Part shown: positions 10,901-21,596 of the stretch, piece after piece
Layout of the letters: each line of letters opens with the position of its first letter
Numbering within the stretch: position 1 is the first letter of the stretch
Assembly: GCA_000004985.1 (NCBI GenBank)
Contig: GG738850.1
DNA length: 64,000 nucleotides
Direction: 5' to 3' (one strand)
From: Naegleria gruberi
Lineage: Eukaryota
Made by a program: the position numbers and the translations under genes
Notes under the pieces: model-generated
What the model was told of the DNA's origin: nothing
The model's database searches: none
What the model saw: only the letters and a program-made list of their open reading frames with translations

Positions 10901-13900
10901 TTTGATGAACAAATCAAAAAGTATCACAACATTCATGAACAAATCAAAGAACTTACTGCTTGTGATAATGCTGGTTGGTTGAGAGTCGATGCTAAACCAA
11001 TCAAGCAAGAATTACTCAAGATTTGTACCTCTTGGGAAAAGCTCTTCTCTAACTTCTTGGTACAAAACGTTTCTGAAAGATTGAACGATATTTATCAATT
11101 CATGAATACTGTTGAAAGTGGTATTGATAAAGAAGTTACTGATGGTGATATTACAACTCTCAGAGAAGTTATCAGATATATCAGAGATATTAAATCTGAA
11201 ACAGAGAGCGAAAATGGTATCTTCCAACCTCTTCAAGAAATTGTAGTTTTGCTTTCTCAATACGGAATTGAACTTGCTCCAAATCTTGTTCATACACTAG
11301 AACAAGCTCCAGTTAAATGGGATGGCCTCTATAAGAGATCATTGGTCAGAAGAACAGAACTTAGTGACTTGCAAGATAAGGAATCTCAAAAGGTTAAGGA
11401 ACAAGGTTTACAATTTGGTAAGAGGGTTTTGAAATTCCAAGAAGAATTCAGAGATATGGCTGCTTTCTTCTACAAGTCGGGTTCTCAAGATGCTTATAAA
11501 TCAATTGATAAGTGGCAAGTACTTTTGGTGGATATGGAAAAGGAAGCAACAAAGTTGAGAGAATTGCAAGACTTGTTTGAAATTACAGTAAGCGAATATA
11601 ATGCCCTCAAGACTTGTCGTGAAGAAGTTATGCTGCTCAAGTCTTTGTGGGATATCATTTCTCATATCTTGTCATTGTTCAAGGATTGGATGAAGACTTC
11701 CTTCAAGAAGGTAGATGTTGACGCACTCGTTGAAGAATCAAAGAAACTTAAAAAGACTATTCAAAACTTTAATACCAAGGCAAGAGCATGGGACAGTTAT
11801 TCAGGACTTAACAATGCTGTTAATAACATGCTTACCTCACTTCCTCTTGTTCAAGATTTGAGAAATCCTGCAATGAGAAGAAGACATTGGGATGAATTGC
11901 TCGAAGAAACTCACAAGAAGGGTGCTATTGATCCTGATGATAACTTTAATTTGGATCAATTGCTAGATCTTGGTTTGCACAGTTATGTAGATACAGTTCA
12001 AACTATTGTTGATAAGGCCAGCAAGGAATTAATTATTGAAAAGGCCCTCACAAAGGTTGAAAGTGTATGGTCTACACTCAATTTTGACTTTGGCTATGAT
12101 GGTGAATTGAAGTGTTCAATTATGGGAGCAGTAGAAGATATTGTTGAAATTCTCCAAGACAATCAAGTTCAATTGCAAAATATGTCCACTATGAAATATG
12201 TTGAATTCTTTATAGAATCATTGACCAAGTGGCAAATTGCTCTCTCCACAATTGATAGTATTATTACTGAATGGGTTGGTGTTCAAAAGAAGTGGCAAAA
12301 CCTTTATCCAATCTTTATGATGTCAAAGGATATCAAGGAAAAGTTGCACGAAGATGCTGTTCGTTTCGCTGAAGCCGATACTGAATGGAGAAACTTTATG
12401 GAAGTTGCTAAAGCTGTTCCAAAAATTGTTGAAGCTTGTACTGAACCAACTATTCGTACCAAGTTAGATACAAGTAAGGACGTTTTAGAAATCCTTCAAC
12501 ACATTGAAGAAAAGCTTGAATTGTGTCAAAAATCCTTGTCTGAATATCTTGAAACTAAGTGTAAAGCTTTCCCAAGATTCTATTTCATCAAAGCTGGTGA
12601 CGTTATTGATATTTTATCAAAGGGTTCATTCCCAAAGCTTGTCATGAAACACATGTCAAAGATTGTAGAAGCTGTTGAAACCTTAACTTTTGATGAAAAT
12701 AGTGATCTTACTAATGGTATGATTAGTAAGGAAGATGAAATCATTACCTTCCCAGATAAGTATGAATGTAAAGGACCTGTTGAAGATTGGCTCAATGGAG
12801 TTTTGAATACTATTGTTAGTTCATTGACTCATACCTTAGGTGATGCTCATGCCGCCTACGTTGAACAACAAAGAGATCAATGGGTATTCCAATTCCCTGC
12901 TCAAATTGTCATTGTTGCTTCTCGTGTTTGGTTCACAAGTGAAGTTAATTCTGCCTTTGAAAGACAAGAAGAAGGTAACAAGAATGCCTTGAAGGATTAT
13001 TACAATCAATTGAAAGATCAATTGGCTAAATTAACAACACTTGTTCAAGGTGAATTAACTCCAGGAGACAGAAAGAAGATTATTACCTTGATTACTGTCG
13101 ATGTCCACAATAGAGATATTGTTTTGAAACTTATTGAAGAAAAGGCAGAAAGCTCTCAGGTATTTACCTGGCAATCACAACTCAGATACAGTTGGGATGA
13201 TACAAAGGGTTGTACTATTAATATTGCTGATGCTGAATTTAAATATGGTTATGAATATATTGGTAACTGTGGTTGTTTGGTTATTACACCACTTACTGAC
13301 AGATGTTATATTACATTGACACAATCACTCAGATTGATTATGGGTGGTGCTCCAGCTGGTCCTGCTGGTACTGGTAAAACAGAAACAACTAAAGATTTGG
13401 GTAGAGCACTTGGTATTCAAGTCTACGTCTTTAACTGTACTGAACAAATGAATCCAGCTTCTCTTGGTAATATTTTCAAGGGTTTGTCAATGACTGGTAC
13501 ATGGGGTTGTTTCGACGAATTCAATCGTATTAGAGTTGGTGTCTTGTCTGTCGTTGCTACTCAATTCAAGTCTATTCTTGATGCTATCAAGGCTCAAAAG
13601 AAGGAATTTTTGTTTGAACAAGAAACTATTTCCCTCATTCCAACTTGTGGTGTCTTTATTACCATGAATCCTGGTTATAAGGGTCGTACTGAATTGCCAG
13701 AAAATCTTAAAGCATTGTTTAGACCATGTGCTATGATTGTTCCTGACTTTATGAATATTTGCGAAATCATGTTGGCTTCTGAAGGTTTTATCAATGCAAA
13801 GGAATTGGCTAAGAAATTCGTTACCTTGTATAGATTGAACAAGGAATTGCTCTCAAAACAAGATCACTACGATTGGGGTCTCCGTGCCGTTAAATCTGTA

Positions 13901-16900
13901 TTAGTTATTGCTGGTGGTTTGAAGAGAGCTGAACCTCAAGTTTCTGAAGACAGAATTCTCATGAGAGCTCTCAGAGATACCAATTTGGCCAAACTTTCAA
14001 GAGATGATATTGAAATCTTCAGAGGTTTAATTAGAGATTTGTTCCCAAAGATTGAAATTGAAGCAAAGAGTGATCCAGAATTGGTCAAGGCTGTCAAACA
14101 AGCAACTGAAGAAAAAAGATTACAAACAGGTGAAAATGATATTTTCATTGGAAAGGTTGTACAATTTAAGGAATTGCTTGATGTTAGACACTCTGTCTTT
14201 GTTTTAGGTCCTGCAGGTTCTGGTAAATCATGTGTTTGGAAAACTTTATCTAAGGCCTTTGAAATTCAAGGTCGTAGAACTTGGGCACACGTACTTAATC
14301 CAAAATCTGTTACCAGTGGTGAACTTTATGGTTATACTCACCCAGTTTCAAAGGATTGGAAGGATGGTCTGCTCTCCAATACTATGAGAGAAATGTACGA
14401 AACCAAGACACCATTACCAAAATGGATTGTTTTGGATGGTGATATCGATGCTGAATGGATTGAATCTATGAATACAGTCATGGACGACAATAAGGTTTTG
14501 ACATTGGCAAACAATGAAAGAATTCCTTTGAGTCCAAGTATGAGAATGCTTTTCGAAATTGATCACTTGAGAAATGCTACTCCTGCAACTGTATCAAGAG
14601 CCGGTATCTTGTTCTTGAACGAAACTGATATTGGTTGGAATCCATTCAAGGAAAGTTGGATTGAAACAAGATCTGTTGAAAAGGAAAAGCAAAATCTTGA
14701 TCGTTTGTTCTATACTTATGCACCACACATTTTGTTCTGGTTGAAGAAACACAATCACATTATTCCAAGACAAGATATCAGCATGATTCAAACATTGTGC
14801 TACTTGTTAGAAGGTTTGATTACACCAGAATCTTGTCCACCAGGTTGTTCTCATGAAATTTATGAATATTACTTTGCTTTTGCTTGTATTTGGGCATTTG
14901 GTGGTGCTTTGGAAGATGATGAAAGAGTTTTATTCAATGCCATGTTCAAGAAAGACTTCCCTCAAGTTAAATTCCCTGAAAATGCAACTGTATTTGATTA
15001 CTTTGTTGTTACTGAAGGTGAAACTGTTAGACTTGAACCTTGGGCTACAAAAGTTAAGGAATATAATCATGACTTTGAATTGCCATTCAATGAAATTGTC
15101 GTCTCTACAGCTGATACAGCACGTTTAACTTATTTGATGGACTTGTTGGCTGACAGAAGAAGACCTGTATTACTTGTTGGTACTGCTGGTACTGGTAAGA
15201 CAACCATTGTTAAGGGTAAATTGAGAAGTCTTGATGAAGAAACTCTCTACACTACAATTAACTTTAACAGTAATACTGATGCTGAATCATTCCAAAATAT
15301 TCTTGAACAATCTATTACCAAGAAGGCTGGTAAAATGTACGGTCCACCAGGTAGAAAGAAGCTTATTTACTTTATTGACGATCTTAACATGCCTAATCCT
15401 GACAAATATGGTACTCAATCTGCTGTTGAATTCCTCCGTCAACATATGGACTATGGATTTTGGTATGATAGAAATAATATGGGAGTCAAGGAAGTTACCA
15501 ATGTTCAATACCTTGCCGCTATGAATCCAAAGGCTGGTTCTTTCACAGTTACTGGTAGATTACAAAGACATTTTGGTATGTTTGCTTGTACATTCCCTGC
15601 AGATGCTGATTTGAAGACAATTTATTCTCAAATCATTTCTGCTCACGTTGAATCATTCGATAGAAGAGTTCAAACAATTAGTACTAAATTGGTTGATGCT
15701 ACAATCAAACTTCATAAGGAAGTTGCCAAGTTCTTCTTGCCAACTGCTGTCAAGTTCCACTACCAATTCAATCTCAGAGAAATTTCAAACATTTTCCAAG
15801 GTTTGTGCCGTTCTACTAAGGAACACTACAGTGATCCTGTTCACATGATTAGATTGTGGATGCACGAAGCTTTCAGAGTTTTCTCTGACAGAATGACAGA
15901 ACAAGATGATGTTAACAAATTCTCTGCTATGGCTACAAAGATTAGTAAGGATGTTCTCGATTGTGAAATTCAAGATGGGCAAAGCTTGTTGTTCAGCTCT
16001 TTCGTTGTTGAAAGTGATAACGGTACTGGTGTCTATTGTGAAGCCAATGATTTTAACAAGTTGAAGCTAGTTTTAGAAAAGAAGCTCGAAGAATACAATT
16101 CATCAAGATCAATTATGAATCTAGAATTGTTTAAGCAAGCTATTTGGCACGTTTGTAGAATTAGTCGTATTTTGTCAAATCCAAGAGGTAATGCCTTGCT
16201 GGTTGGTGTAGGTGGTAGTGGTAAACAAAGTTTGGCTAAATTGGCATCATTCATTAATAATTATGAAATTTCTCAAATCACTGTCACACCTTCCTACAAG
16301 ATTATCGATTTTAAGAAGGATCTTTTGGAATTGTACAAGAAATCTGGTGAAAAGGATATGAAGATTTCATTCATTCTTACAGATTCTCAAATCTTTGACC
16401 AAAAGCAATTGGTCTTTATTAACGACTTTTTGTCTTCTGGTTTCATTCCAGAATTGTTCACTCCTGATGATGTTGAAAAGTCAATTCAAGCTGTTCAACC
16501 TGCAGTTAAATATGCTGGTAAGGATCACAATGATAAGAAGGTTTGTTGGGACTTCTTCTTGGAAAAGGTCAAGAAGAATTTGCACTTGGTTCTTTGCTTC
16601 TCACCTGTTGGTGAACAATTGCGTGTTTGGTGCAGAAAATTCCCAGCCATTATGAACTGCTCTGTTATCGATTGGTTCCACGAATGGCCAAGAGATGCTT
16701 TAATTTCTGTTGCCTATAGATTCTTGACTGATGCTGATATGAATTTGGGTGATGACGAAATGATTAAGAATATTTCAGAACATATGGCCTTTGCTCACGA
16801 ATCTGTCTCAATGGCTTGTAAGAGCTATCAACACATTGAAAGAAGATACAATTATACCACACCAAAGAGTTTCTTGGAACTTATTGAAGTATACAAGACA

Positions 16901-19900
16901 TTGTTGGCCAAGAAGAGAGAAGAATTGAACGGAACAATTGAACGTTTGAGTAATGGTTTGACCAAGATTAATGAATCTGAAGAAAAGGTCAAGGAATTAT
17001 CAACTGTACTTGCTCAAGAAGCTATCATTGTCGAAGAAAAGAAGAGAGCAACAGAAGAACTCTTGGCTAAGGTTACAAAAGAAAATACCTTCTTAGCCAG
17101 TCAGCAAAAGATTGTCGAAGAGGAAGAAGTTAAACAAAACAAGGTTGTTGATGAAGTTAATGCCCTTGCTAAGGTCTGTACAGATGAATTGAAACAAGCT
17201 GAACCTCTTATTGAAAAGGCTAAGAAGTCATTGGAAGTTTTGAATGTTAAAGATTTCCAAGAATTGAAGTCATTTACCAATCCTCCAGCATTTGTCGACG
17301 TTGTTTTGTCTGCTGTCATGATTTTGAAGGCACAAAGAGGTGTACCAAAGAATGTTGTTTGGGCTGAATCCAAGAAGATGATGAATAATCCAAACCAATT
17401 CATGGTTGAATTAGTTTCTTACAATGCTGAATCCATTCCAAAGATTCCACAAGAAAATATTGATGCTTTGAAGAATAGCAAATATCTTCAACATCCAAAC
17501 TTTGTTCCATCCTTCATTGAAAGCAAGTCAACAGCTGCTGCTGGTTTGTGCGATTGGGTTATTAACGTTGTTGCTTTCTATGATTTGGACAAACAAATTG
17601 AACCAAAGAGACAAAAGTTGTCCCAAGCTATGGAAGAAAAGGAAAAGAACGAATCTCACTTGAAGAAGATTAGTGACAAATTGAACACACTCAGAAAGGC
17701 AAAGGAGCAAGCTGAAACTGAACACAATAATGCTGCTCAAGAATTGGTTAGAATTGAAAAGCAAAGAAAGAAGACTGAAGACAAATTGAATCTTGCTCAC
17801 AGATTGGTCAATGGTTTGTCTGATGAAAAGATCAGATGGGCTGAATCTATCAAGGATTTAAGAGAAAGAGAAAAGACTCTCGTTGGTGATGTATTGTTGG
17901 CCGCTGCTTTCCTTTCATATGTCGGTCCTTTCACCAAAAAGTATAGAAATATGCTTATTGAAGAAAAGTGGATTATCGATCTCAAAGAAAGAAAGATTCC
18001 AACATCAGAAGGTATTGATCCTCTCTTTGGTGTACTTGCTGAAGAAGCTCAAGTTGCCCAATGGAACAACGAAGGTTTGCCATCAGATAGAGTTTCAGTT
18101 GAAAATGGTTCCATTGTTACCAATTGTAAACGTTGGCCATTGTTGATTGATCCACAATTGCAAGGTGTTAAATGGATTAAGAATATGGAAAGTAAGAATA
18201 ACTTGCAAGTCATTCAATTGACAAAGAAGGGATATTTGGAAACTCTTATCCACGCTATTATGAATGGTTATCCTGTTTTGATCGAAAATATTGGAGAAAA
18301 TATTGATCCAATTCTTGATCCATTGCTTGCACAAAGTTATACAAGAAAGGGTAACTCTGTATCTATCAAGCTTGGTAATCGTGAAGTTGATTTTGATCCT
18401 AAATTCAGACTTTACCTTCAAACCAAATTACCAAATCCTCACTATAGACCTGAAATTGTTGCTCAAACAACCTTGTTGAACTTTATGGTCACTGAACAAG
18501 GTTTGGATGATCAATTGCTTGGTACTGTTGTCAATAAGGAAAGACCTGACTTGGAAGAATTGAGACTTTCATATTTGAGACAACTTAGACAATTCAAGAT
18601 TGAACTTAAGGGGTGTGAAGATGCTCTTAGAAATGAATTGTCAAATGCCAAGGGTGATTATTTGGAAAATCACAGACTTATTGATAACTTGGAAGCAACC
18701 AAGAAGAAATCTCAACAAATCAACGTCAGTCTTAAAGAAATTCTTGAAAATAACAAGATGATTGATGAAAGTCGTTCAGTTTATAGAACCGTTTCTACAA
18801 GAGGTTCCATGTTGTATTTCCTTATTGACCAATTGTCAAAGATTGACCACATGTATCAATATTCTCTTGAAGCCTTTATGGTTGTATTTAACAAGGCTCT
18901 TGAAAAGGCTGAACCAGCTGATAATGTAGATAAGAGAGTTGAAAACATTGTCGATAGTATTACAGAAACATTGTTCAGTTACGTTTCTAGAGGTCTCTTT
19001 GAAAGACACAAGCTCATCTTCTCAATGATGTTGTGTATTGAAATTATGAGAAAGAAGGGAGAAATTGAACCAAACCAAATTGACTTTTTACTTAGAGCTC
19101 CTAGAGTTGATGGTGTTGAAAGAAAGGAAACTGTTATTGGTTGGTGTTCTGAATTGAGTTGGGCCTATGTACAAGCACTTACTGCTATTGAAGGTACTAG
19201 TCCAGCATTCTCACTCTTACCAGATGATATGGCTGGTTCTTGGAGAAGATGGAAAGAATGGACTGAATTTGAAAAGCCAGAAGAAAAACCATTACCATTA
19301 GAATGGAAGAACTTGTTACCATTCCAAAAGTTGTTGATTATCAGATGTCTCAGACCTGACAGATTAACTATGGCTGTAACAAACTTTGTAAAGGAGAGAA
19401 TTGGTGAGAAATACGTTAAGGATATTCCTGTTGACCTTGAAGTTTCATATGGTGATGCAGGTCCTACTACACCATTATTCTTTATCCTTTCTCCTGGTGT
19501 TGACCCTGTAAAGGCTGTTGAAAGAATTGGTGAAAAGTTTGGTTTTACAGAATCTGCAGGTAAATTCAAGAACGTTTCTTTGGGTGAAGGTCAAACAGTT
19601 GTTGCCGAAAATGCCCTTCAACATGCTTTCAGAACTGGTGGTTGGGTCATGTTGAACAATCTTCACTTGACTCCTGAATGGTTAGGTGCTTTGGAAAAGA
19701 AATTGGATCAATATGCTGAACAATATGGTAGACAAGAAATGAGAGAAAAGAAGAGAAGAGAAAAGGAAGGATTAAAGAGATCATCCTCTGCTGCTGCTTC
19801 CAGGAGATTAGAAGAGGAAGAACAAGTTGAAGGTGAAAAGGGAGAAGAACCTGAAGTTGGTATTTCTATTGATCCAACCTCCCCACAAGAAGATAAGAAA

Positions 19901-21472
19901 GCAGAAATTCCAGAGGTTGAAGAAGATTCTGAAGAATCAGATGAAGAAGAAGATTTGGGACATCCAGACTTTAGAGTATTCCTTTCAGCTGAACCTTCTA
20001 ACCAAATTCCAATTGGTATCTTGCAAAGATCTATTAAGCTAACTAACGAACCTCCAAGTGGTTTGAGAGCCAACTTGTTCAGATCCCTTATGCAATTTGA
20101 TGATAATATTTGGGAAGGAAGTTCCAAACAAACAGAATTCAAGGGAATCTTGTTCTCACTCTGTTTCTTCCATGCTTGTATTGTTGAAAGAAAGAAGTTC
20201 GGTCCTCAAGGTTGGAACAGAAACTATCCATTTAACCTTGGTGATTTAATTACCTGTATTCACGTCTTGAACAATTACTTGGAAGATAGACCAAAGGTTC
20301 CATGGGAAGATTTGAGATACGTTTTTGGTGAAATTATGTATGGTGGCCACATTACTGATGACTGGGATAGAAAACTCTGTAAGACCTATTTGGAGAAGTT
20401 TATTAGACCTGATGTTGTTGATCAACTTGAGTTGTGTCCAGAATTCCTTTCACCTCCAACCAACTTGACTTATAAGGGATATTTGGAATATGTTGAAAAG
20501 GTTTTGCCACCTGAAAGTCCAGTTGCCTTTGGTTTGCATCCTAACGCTGAAATTGGTTTCAGAACCACTCAAGGTGAAAATATGTTCAACATGATTGCAG
20601 AAATGCAACCTCGTTCAACTTCTGCTGGTGATGGTATGTCCTACCAAGATAAGGTTCAAGCAGGTATTCGTAGAATTTTGGACACTTTACCAGAACCATT
20701 TAACCTTGAAGAAATTGCTGATAGACTTGATGAAGAAAGAACTCCATACCAAAACTCATTCTATCAAGAATGTGAATACATGAATAGATTATTGGTAGAA
20801 TTAGATAGATCACTCAAGGAATTGCAAAGTGGTTTGGATGGTTTGTTGACAATTACTGAAAAGATGACCATTCTCCAAGATTGTATCTATCAAAATAAGG
20901 TTCCAGAAACTTGGTCATCTCTTGCTTATCCATCTCCAAGAAAATTGGACTCATGGTTTGATGACTTGATGCAAAGATATGCACAATTATTGAATTGGAC
21001 AGGAGACTTGCAAACACCAAAGGTTGTTTGGATTTCTGGATTGTTCAATCCTCAATCATTCTTGACTGCCATTATGCAAACTATTGCCAGACAAAAGACT
21101 TGGGCTCTAGATGAAATGACTCTAGTTGCTGAAGTAACAAAGAAGTATGCTGTAGATGAAATTGAACAATCTGCCAGAGAAGGTGCCTATGTTACTGGTA
21201 TGTTCTTGGAAGGTGCTGGTTGGGATCCAAAGAAGAATCACTTGATCGACTCCAAATTGAAGGATTTGCATCCAAGAATGCCAATTATCCACATTAAGGC
21301 TGTTCAAAATGAAAAGTCTGATCCAAACAGCTTCTACGATTGTCCTGTTTACAGAACACCTGATAGAGGTCCTGATTATATTTTCACATGCAAGTTAAAG
21401 ACTCGTGATCATCCAAGTAAATGGATTATGGGTGGTGTTGCTATGATTTTGGATCAAGTGGATACATTGTAA
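7925..21472 (+). CDS. axonemal outer-arm dynein heavy chain (DNAH5/8-like), main exon (~4.5k aa, uninterrupted)
   Basis: Four P-loops typical of axonemal heavy chains: GPAGTGKTETTKDLGRALG...CFDEFNRI (AAA1), GPAGSGKS (AAA2), GTAGTGKTT (AAA3) and GVGGSGKQSLAKLASFI (AAA4, axonemal signature). N-terminal VICFFKKTKVSITPENIGTALIHFEVL aligns to the DNAH5 tail. Stalk/MTBD and C-terminal domains are all in one frame. The track ORF starts at 7937 (internal Met); the frame is open upstream to 7829. Confidence 0.93.
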   Translation: MSISMPSQYSKKVICFFKKTKVSITPENIGTALIHFEVLESPLETLSLISNKLFLPILKNSVEQTSASDQEDEDKVSRDVVTYFQKFIASTYVTSGQVEGKTLLPIPPDDVIQETSSENSDQDKDMIHTLETAVVNWANQIKEVLNKDPESLFVPNYNPGPLDEMNFWNSKYLDLESVAKQLAGEKVTKVIEILKENQSTYIPSFLKMVEEVEIRKHEAFENHRFLKPLRKYFESVNLKSDNHAEYSELPNVFRSIFHLIFMIWKTSTTYNKSERLVVLVRELCNDLIDHSREYIGGREIFNMEFPDAVEKFENTLSTCGLVKKYYFAYKLKVEQECPTNQWRVPPASLFHRLDHFLERCRDILNIFNQGRLFGKLATLQIGGTKGDSLSREVKDIYVHFSEEIAKFKEIQYDALVVEEQKFEEDFYHFKNQIKEFEKKIGSIISKSFEDCSTIHAGVKVIESFEGLLDREAVQQEIVKKQGDLLQTYRKELKRVQQTFTESKTSPIIFHNMPPVTGAIQWAESLLERINGPMNRLISLSKTIFDNSEGKETVKLHSNIVGKIKQYQQQKYAEWAKSVGEISETKLNEMLLKRTDDGMVIVNFDPALVKLLREVNYLQKINTLHEGEPAWSIPQEAIDLFSKNEKYRTQTGSLEYIVNMYNIVQGSLTPVERPLFQTQIQKIDGILERALNSLSWKNDVEIDSFLSEAMNSVKLASTTLSIIKKNTGEIEKALMKWEKNPMFQRKETRTLTMKELDGRNKEMKVTYEKMVKKTGELIVAKLSDCLEVLKGGKQKSSEEQLPEELGCIGVDESAEPWKNFVKHINDIVVDGICKSVIASVRALMDQMNVEYLLKTEQSPFLEISLNLVKKPNSEVHFATFTPSLDEKGENSFVHVVDSWINDFTTVSASIPRLDSSSGDYIKEVKSNTDVISTISQIHESIKTVTVECNKFAEQFIAQKAIYETDQKEFFDEFLEVNFPHGSHGKSHHVELPKFDEQIKKYHNIHEQIKELTACDNAGWLRVDAKPIKQELLKICTSWEKLFSNFLVQNVSERLNDIYQFMNTVESGIDKEVTDGDITTLREVIRYIRDIKSETESENGIFQPLQEIVVLLSQYGIELAPNLVHTLEQAPVKWDGLYKRSLVRRTELSDLQDKESQKVKEQGLQFGKRVLKFQEEFRDMAAFFYKSGSQDAYKSIDKWQVLLVDMEKEATKLRELQDLFEITVSEYNALKTCREEVMLLKSLWDIISHILSLFKDWMKTSFKKVDVDALVEESKKLKKTIQNFNTKARAWDSYSGLNNAVNNMLTSLPLVQDLRNPAMRRRHWDELLEETHKKGAIDPDDNFNLDQLLDLGLHSYVDTVQTIVDKASKELIIEKALTKVESVWSTLNFDFGYDGELKCSIMGAVEDIVEILQDNQVQLQNMSTMKYVEFFIESLTKWQIALSTIDSIITEWVGVQKKWQNLYPIFMMSKDIKEKLHEDAVRFAEADTEWRNFMEVAKAVPKIVEACTEPTIRTKLDTSKDVLEILQHIEEKLELCQKSLSEYLETKCKAFPRFYFIKAGDVIDILSKGSFPKLVMKHMSKIVEAVETLTFDENSDLTNGMISKEDEIITFPDKYECKGPVEDWLNGVLNTIVSSLTHTLGDAHAAYVEQQRDQWVFQFPAQIVIVASRVWFTSEVNSAFERQEEGNKNALKDYYNQLKDQLAKLTTLVQGELTPGDRKKIITLITVDVHNRDIVLKLIEEKAESSQVFTWQSQLRYSWDDTKGCTINIADAEFKYGYEYIGNCGCLVITPLTDRCYITLTQSLRLIMGGAPAGPAGTGKTETTKDLGRALGIQVYVFNCTEQMNPASLGNIFKGLSMTGTWGCFDEFNRIRVGVLSVVATQFKSILDAIKAQKKEFLFEQETISLIPTCGVFITMNPGYKGRTELPENLKALFRPCAMIVPDFMNICEIMLASEGFINAKELAKKFVTLYRLNKELLSKQDHYDWGLRAVKSVLVIAGGLKRAEPQVSEDRILMRALRDTNLAKLSRDDIEIFRGLIRDLFPKIEIEAKSDPELVKAVKQATEEKRLQTGENDIFIGKVVQFKELLDVRHSVFVLGPAGSGKSCVWKTLSKAFEIQGRRTWAHVLNPKSVTSGELYGYTHPVSKDWKDGLLSNTMREMYETKTPLPKWIVLDGDIDAEWIESMNTVMDDNKVLTLANNERIPLSPSMRMLFEIDHLRNATPATVSRAGILFLNETDIGWNPFKESWIETRSVEKEKQNLDRLFYTYAPHILFWLKKHNHIIPRQDISMIQTLCYLLEGLITPESCPPGCSHEIYEYYFAFACIWAFGGALEDDERVLFNAMFKKDFPQVKFPENATVFDYFVVTEGETVRLEPWATKVKEYNHDFELPFNEIVVSTADTARLTYLMDLLADRRRPVLLVGTAGTGKTTIVKGKLRSLDEETLYTTINFNSNTDAESFQNILEQSITKKAGKMYGPPGRKKLIYFIDDLNMPNPDKYGTQSAVEFLRQHMDYGFWYDRNNMGVKEVTNVQYLAAMNPKAGSFTVTGRLQRHFGMFACTFPADADLKTIYSQIISAHVESFDRRVQTISTKLVDATIKLHKEVAKFFLPTAVKFHYQFNLREISNIFQGLCRSTKEHYSDPVHMIRLWMHEAFRVFSDRMTEQDDVNKFSAMATKISKDVLDCEIQDGQSLLFSSFVVESDNGTGVYCEANDFNKLKLVLEKKLEEYNSSRSIMNLELFKQAIWHVCRISRILSNPRGNALLVGVGGSGKQSLAKLASFINNYEISQITVTPSYKIIDFKKDLLELYKKSGEKDMKISFILTDSQIFDQKQLVFINDFLSSGFIPELFTPDDVEKSIQAVQPAVKYAGKDHNDKKVCWDFFLEKVKKNLHLVLCFSPVGEQLRVWCRKFPAIMNCSVIDWFHEWPRDALISVAYRFLTDADMNLGDDEMIKNISEHMAFAHESVSMACKSYQHIERRYNYTTPKSFLELIEVYKTLLAKKREELNGTIERLSNGLTKINESEEKVKELSTVLAQEAIIVEEKKRATEELLAKVTKENTFLASQQKIVEEEEVKQNKVVDEVNALAKVCTDELKQAEPLIEKAKKSLEVLNVKDFQELKSFTNPPAFVDVVLSAVMILKAQRGVPKNVVWAESKKMMNNPNQFMVELVSYNAESIPKIPQENIDALKNSKYLQHPNFVPSFIESKSTAAAGLCDWVINVVAFYDLDKQIEPKRQKLSQAMEEKEKNESHLKKISDKLNTLRKAKEQAETEHNNAAQELVRIEKQRKKTEDKLNLAHRLVNGLSDEKIRWAESIKDLREREKTLVGDVLLAAAFLSYVGPFTKKYRNMLIEEKWIIDLKERKIPTSEGIDPLFGVLAEEAQVAQWNNEGLPSDRVSVENGSIVTNCKRWPLLIDPQLQGVKWIKNMESKNNLQVIQLTKKGYLETLIHAIMNGYPVLIENIGENIDPILDPLLAQSYTRKGNSVSIKLGNREVDFDPKFRLYLQTKLPNPHYRPEIVAQTTLLNFMVTEQGLDDQLLGTVVNKERPDLEELRLSYLRQLRQFKIELKGCEDALRNELSNAKGDYLENHRLIDNLEATKKKSQQINVSLKEILENNKMIDESRSVYRTVSTRGSMLYFLIDQLSKIDHMYQYSLEAFMVVFNKALEKAEPADNVDKRVENIVDSITETLFSYVSRGLFERHKLIFSMMLCIEIMRKKGEIEPNQIDFLLRAPRVDGVERKETVIGWCSELSWAYVQALTAIEGTSPAFSLLPDDMAGSWRRWKEWTEFEKPEEKPLPLEWKNLLPFQKLLIIRCLRPDRLTMAVTNFVKERIGEKYVKDIPVDLEVSYGDAGPTTPLFFILSPGVDPVKAVERIGEKFGFTESAGKFKNVSLGEGQTVVAENALQHAFRTGGWVMLNNLHLTPEWLGALEKKLDQYAEQYGRQEMREKKRREKEGLKRSSSAAASRRLEEEEQVEGEKGEEPEVGISIDPTSPQEDKKAEIPEVEEDSEESDEEEDLGHPDFRVFLSAEPSNQIPIGILQRSIKLTNEPPSGLRANLFRSLMQFDDNIWEGSSKQTEFKGILFSLCFFHACIVERKKFGPQGWNRNYPFNLGDLITCIHVLNNYLEDRPKVPWEDLRYVFGEIMYGGHITDDWDRKLCKTYLEKFIRPDVVDQLELCPEFLSPPTNLTYKGYLEYVEKVLPPESPVAFGLHPNAEIGFRTTQGENMFNMIAEMQPRSTSAGDGMSYQDKVQAGIRRILDTLPEPFNLEEIADRLDEERTPYQNSFYQECEYMNRLLVELDRSLKELQSGLDGLLTITEKMTILQDCIYQNKVPETWSSLAYPSPRKLDSWFDDLMQRYAQLLNWTGDLQTPKVVWISGLFNPQSFLTAIMQTIARQKTWALDEMTLVAEVTKKYAVDEIEQSAREGAYVTGMFLEGAGWDPKKNHLIDSKLKDLHPRMPIIHIKAVQNEKSDPNSFYDCPVYRTPDRGPDYIFTCKLKTRDHPSKWIMGGVAMILDQVDTL

Positions 21473-21596
21473 ATAAACAATTTATTATTTAATTAAAAAC
21501 GTTTTTCTAATTTTTGAGGAGTTTTTATGTTCTAAACTTTGAATACTTATGGTATATACGAGTAGCCGAATTTAAATTATTAAGATTAAAAAGGTG

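Noticed and set aside
8982-21307. About 40 short ORFs (60-190 aa), mostly antisense and some in other sense frames, inside the dynein exon (e.g. complement 9868..10452, complement 19165..19569, complement 19708..20142)
   Set aside because: Out-of-frame shadows of a long, highly conserved coding exon. Low-complexity translations, no independent start context. Expected by chance on the opposite strand of AT-rich coding DNA.
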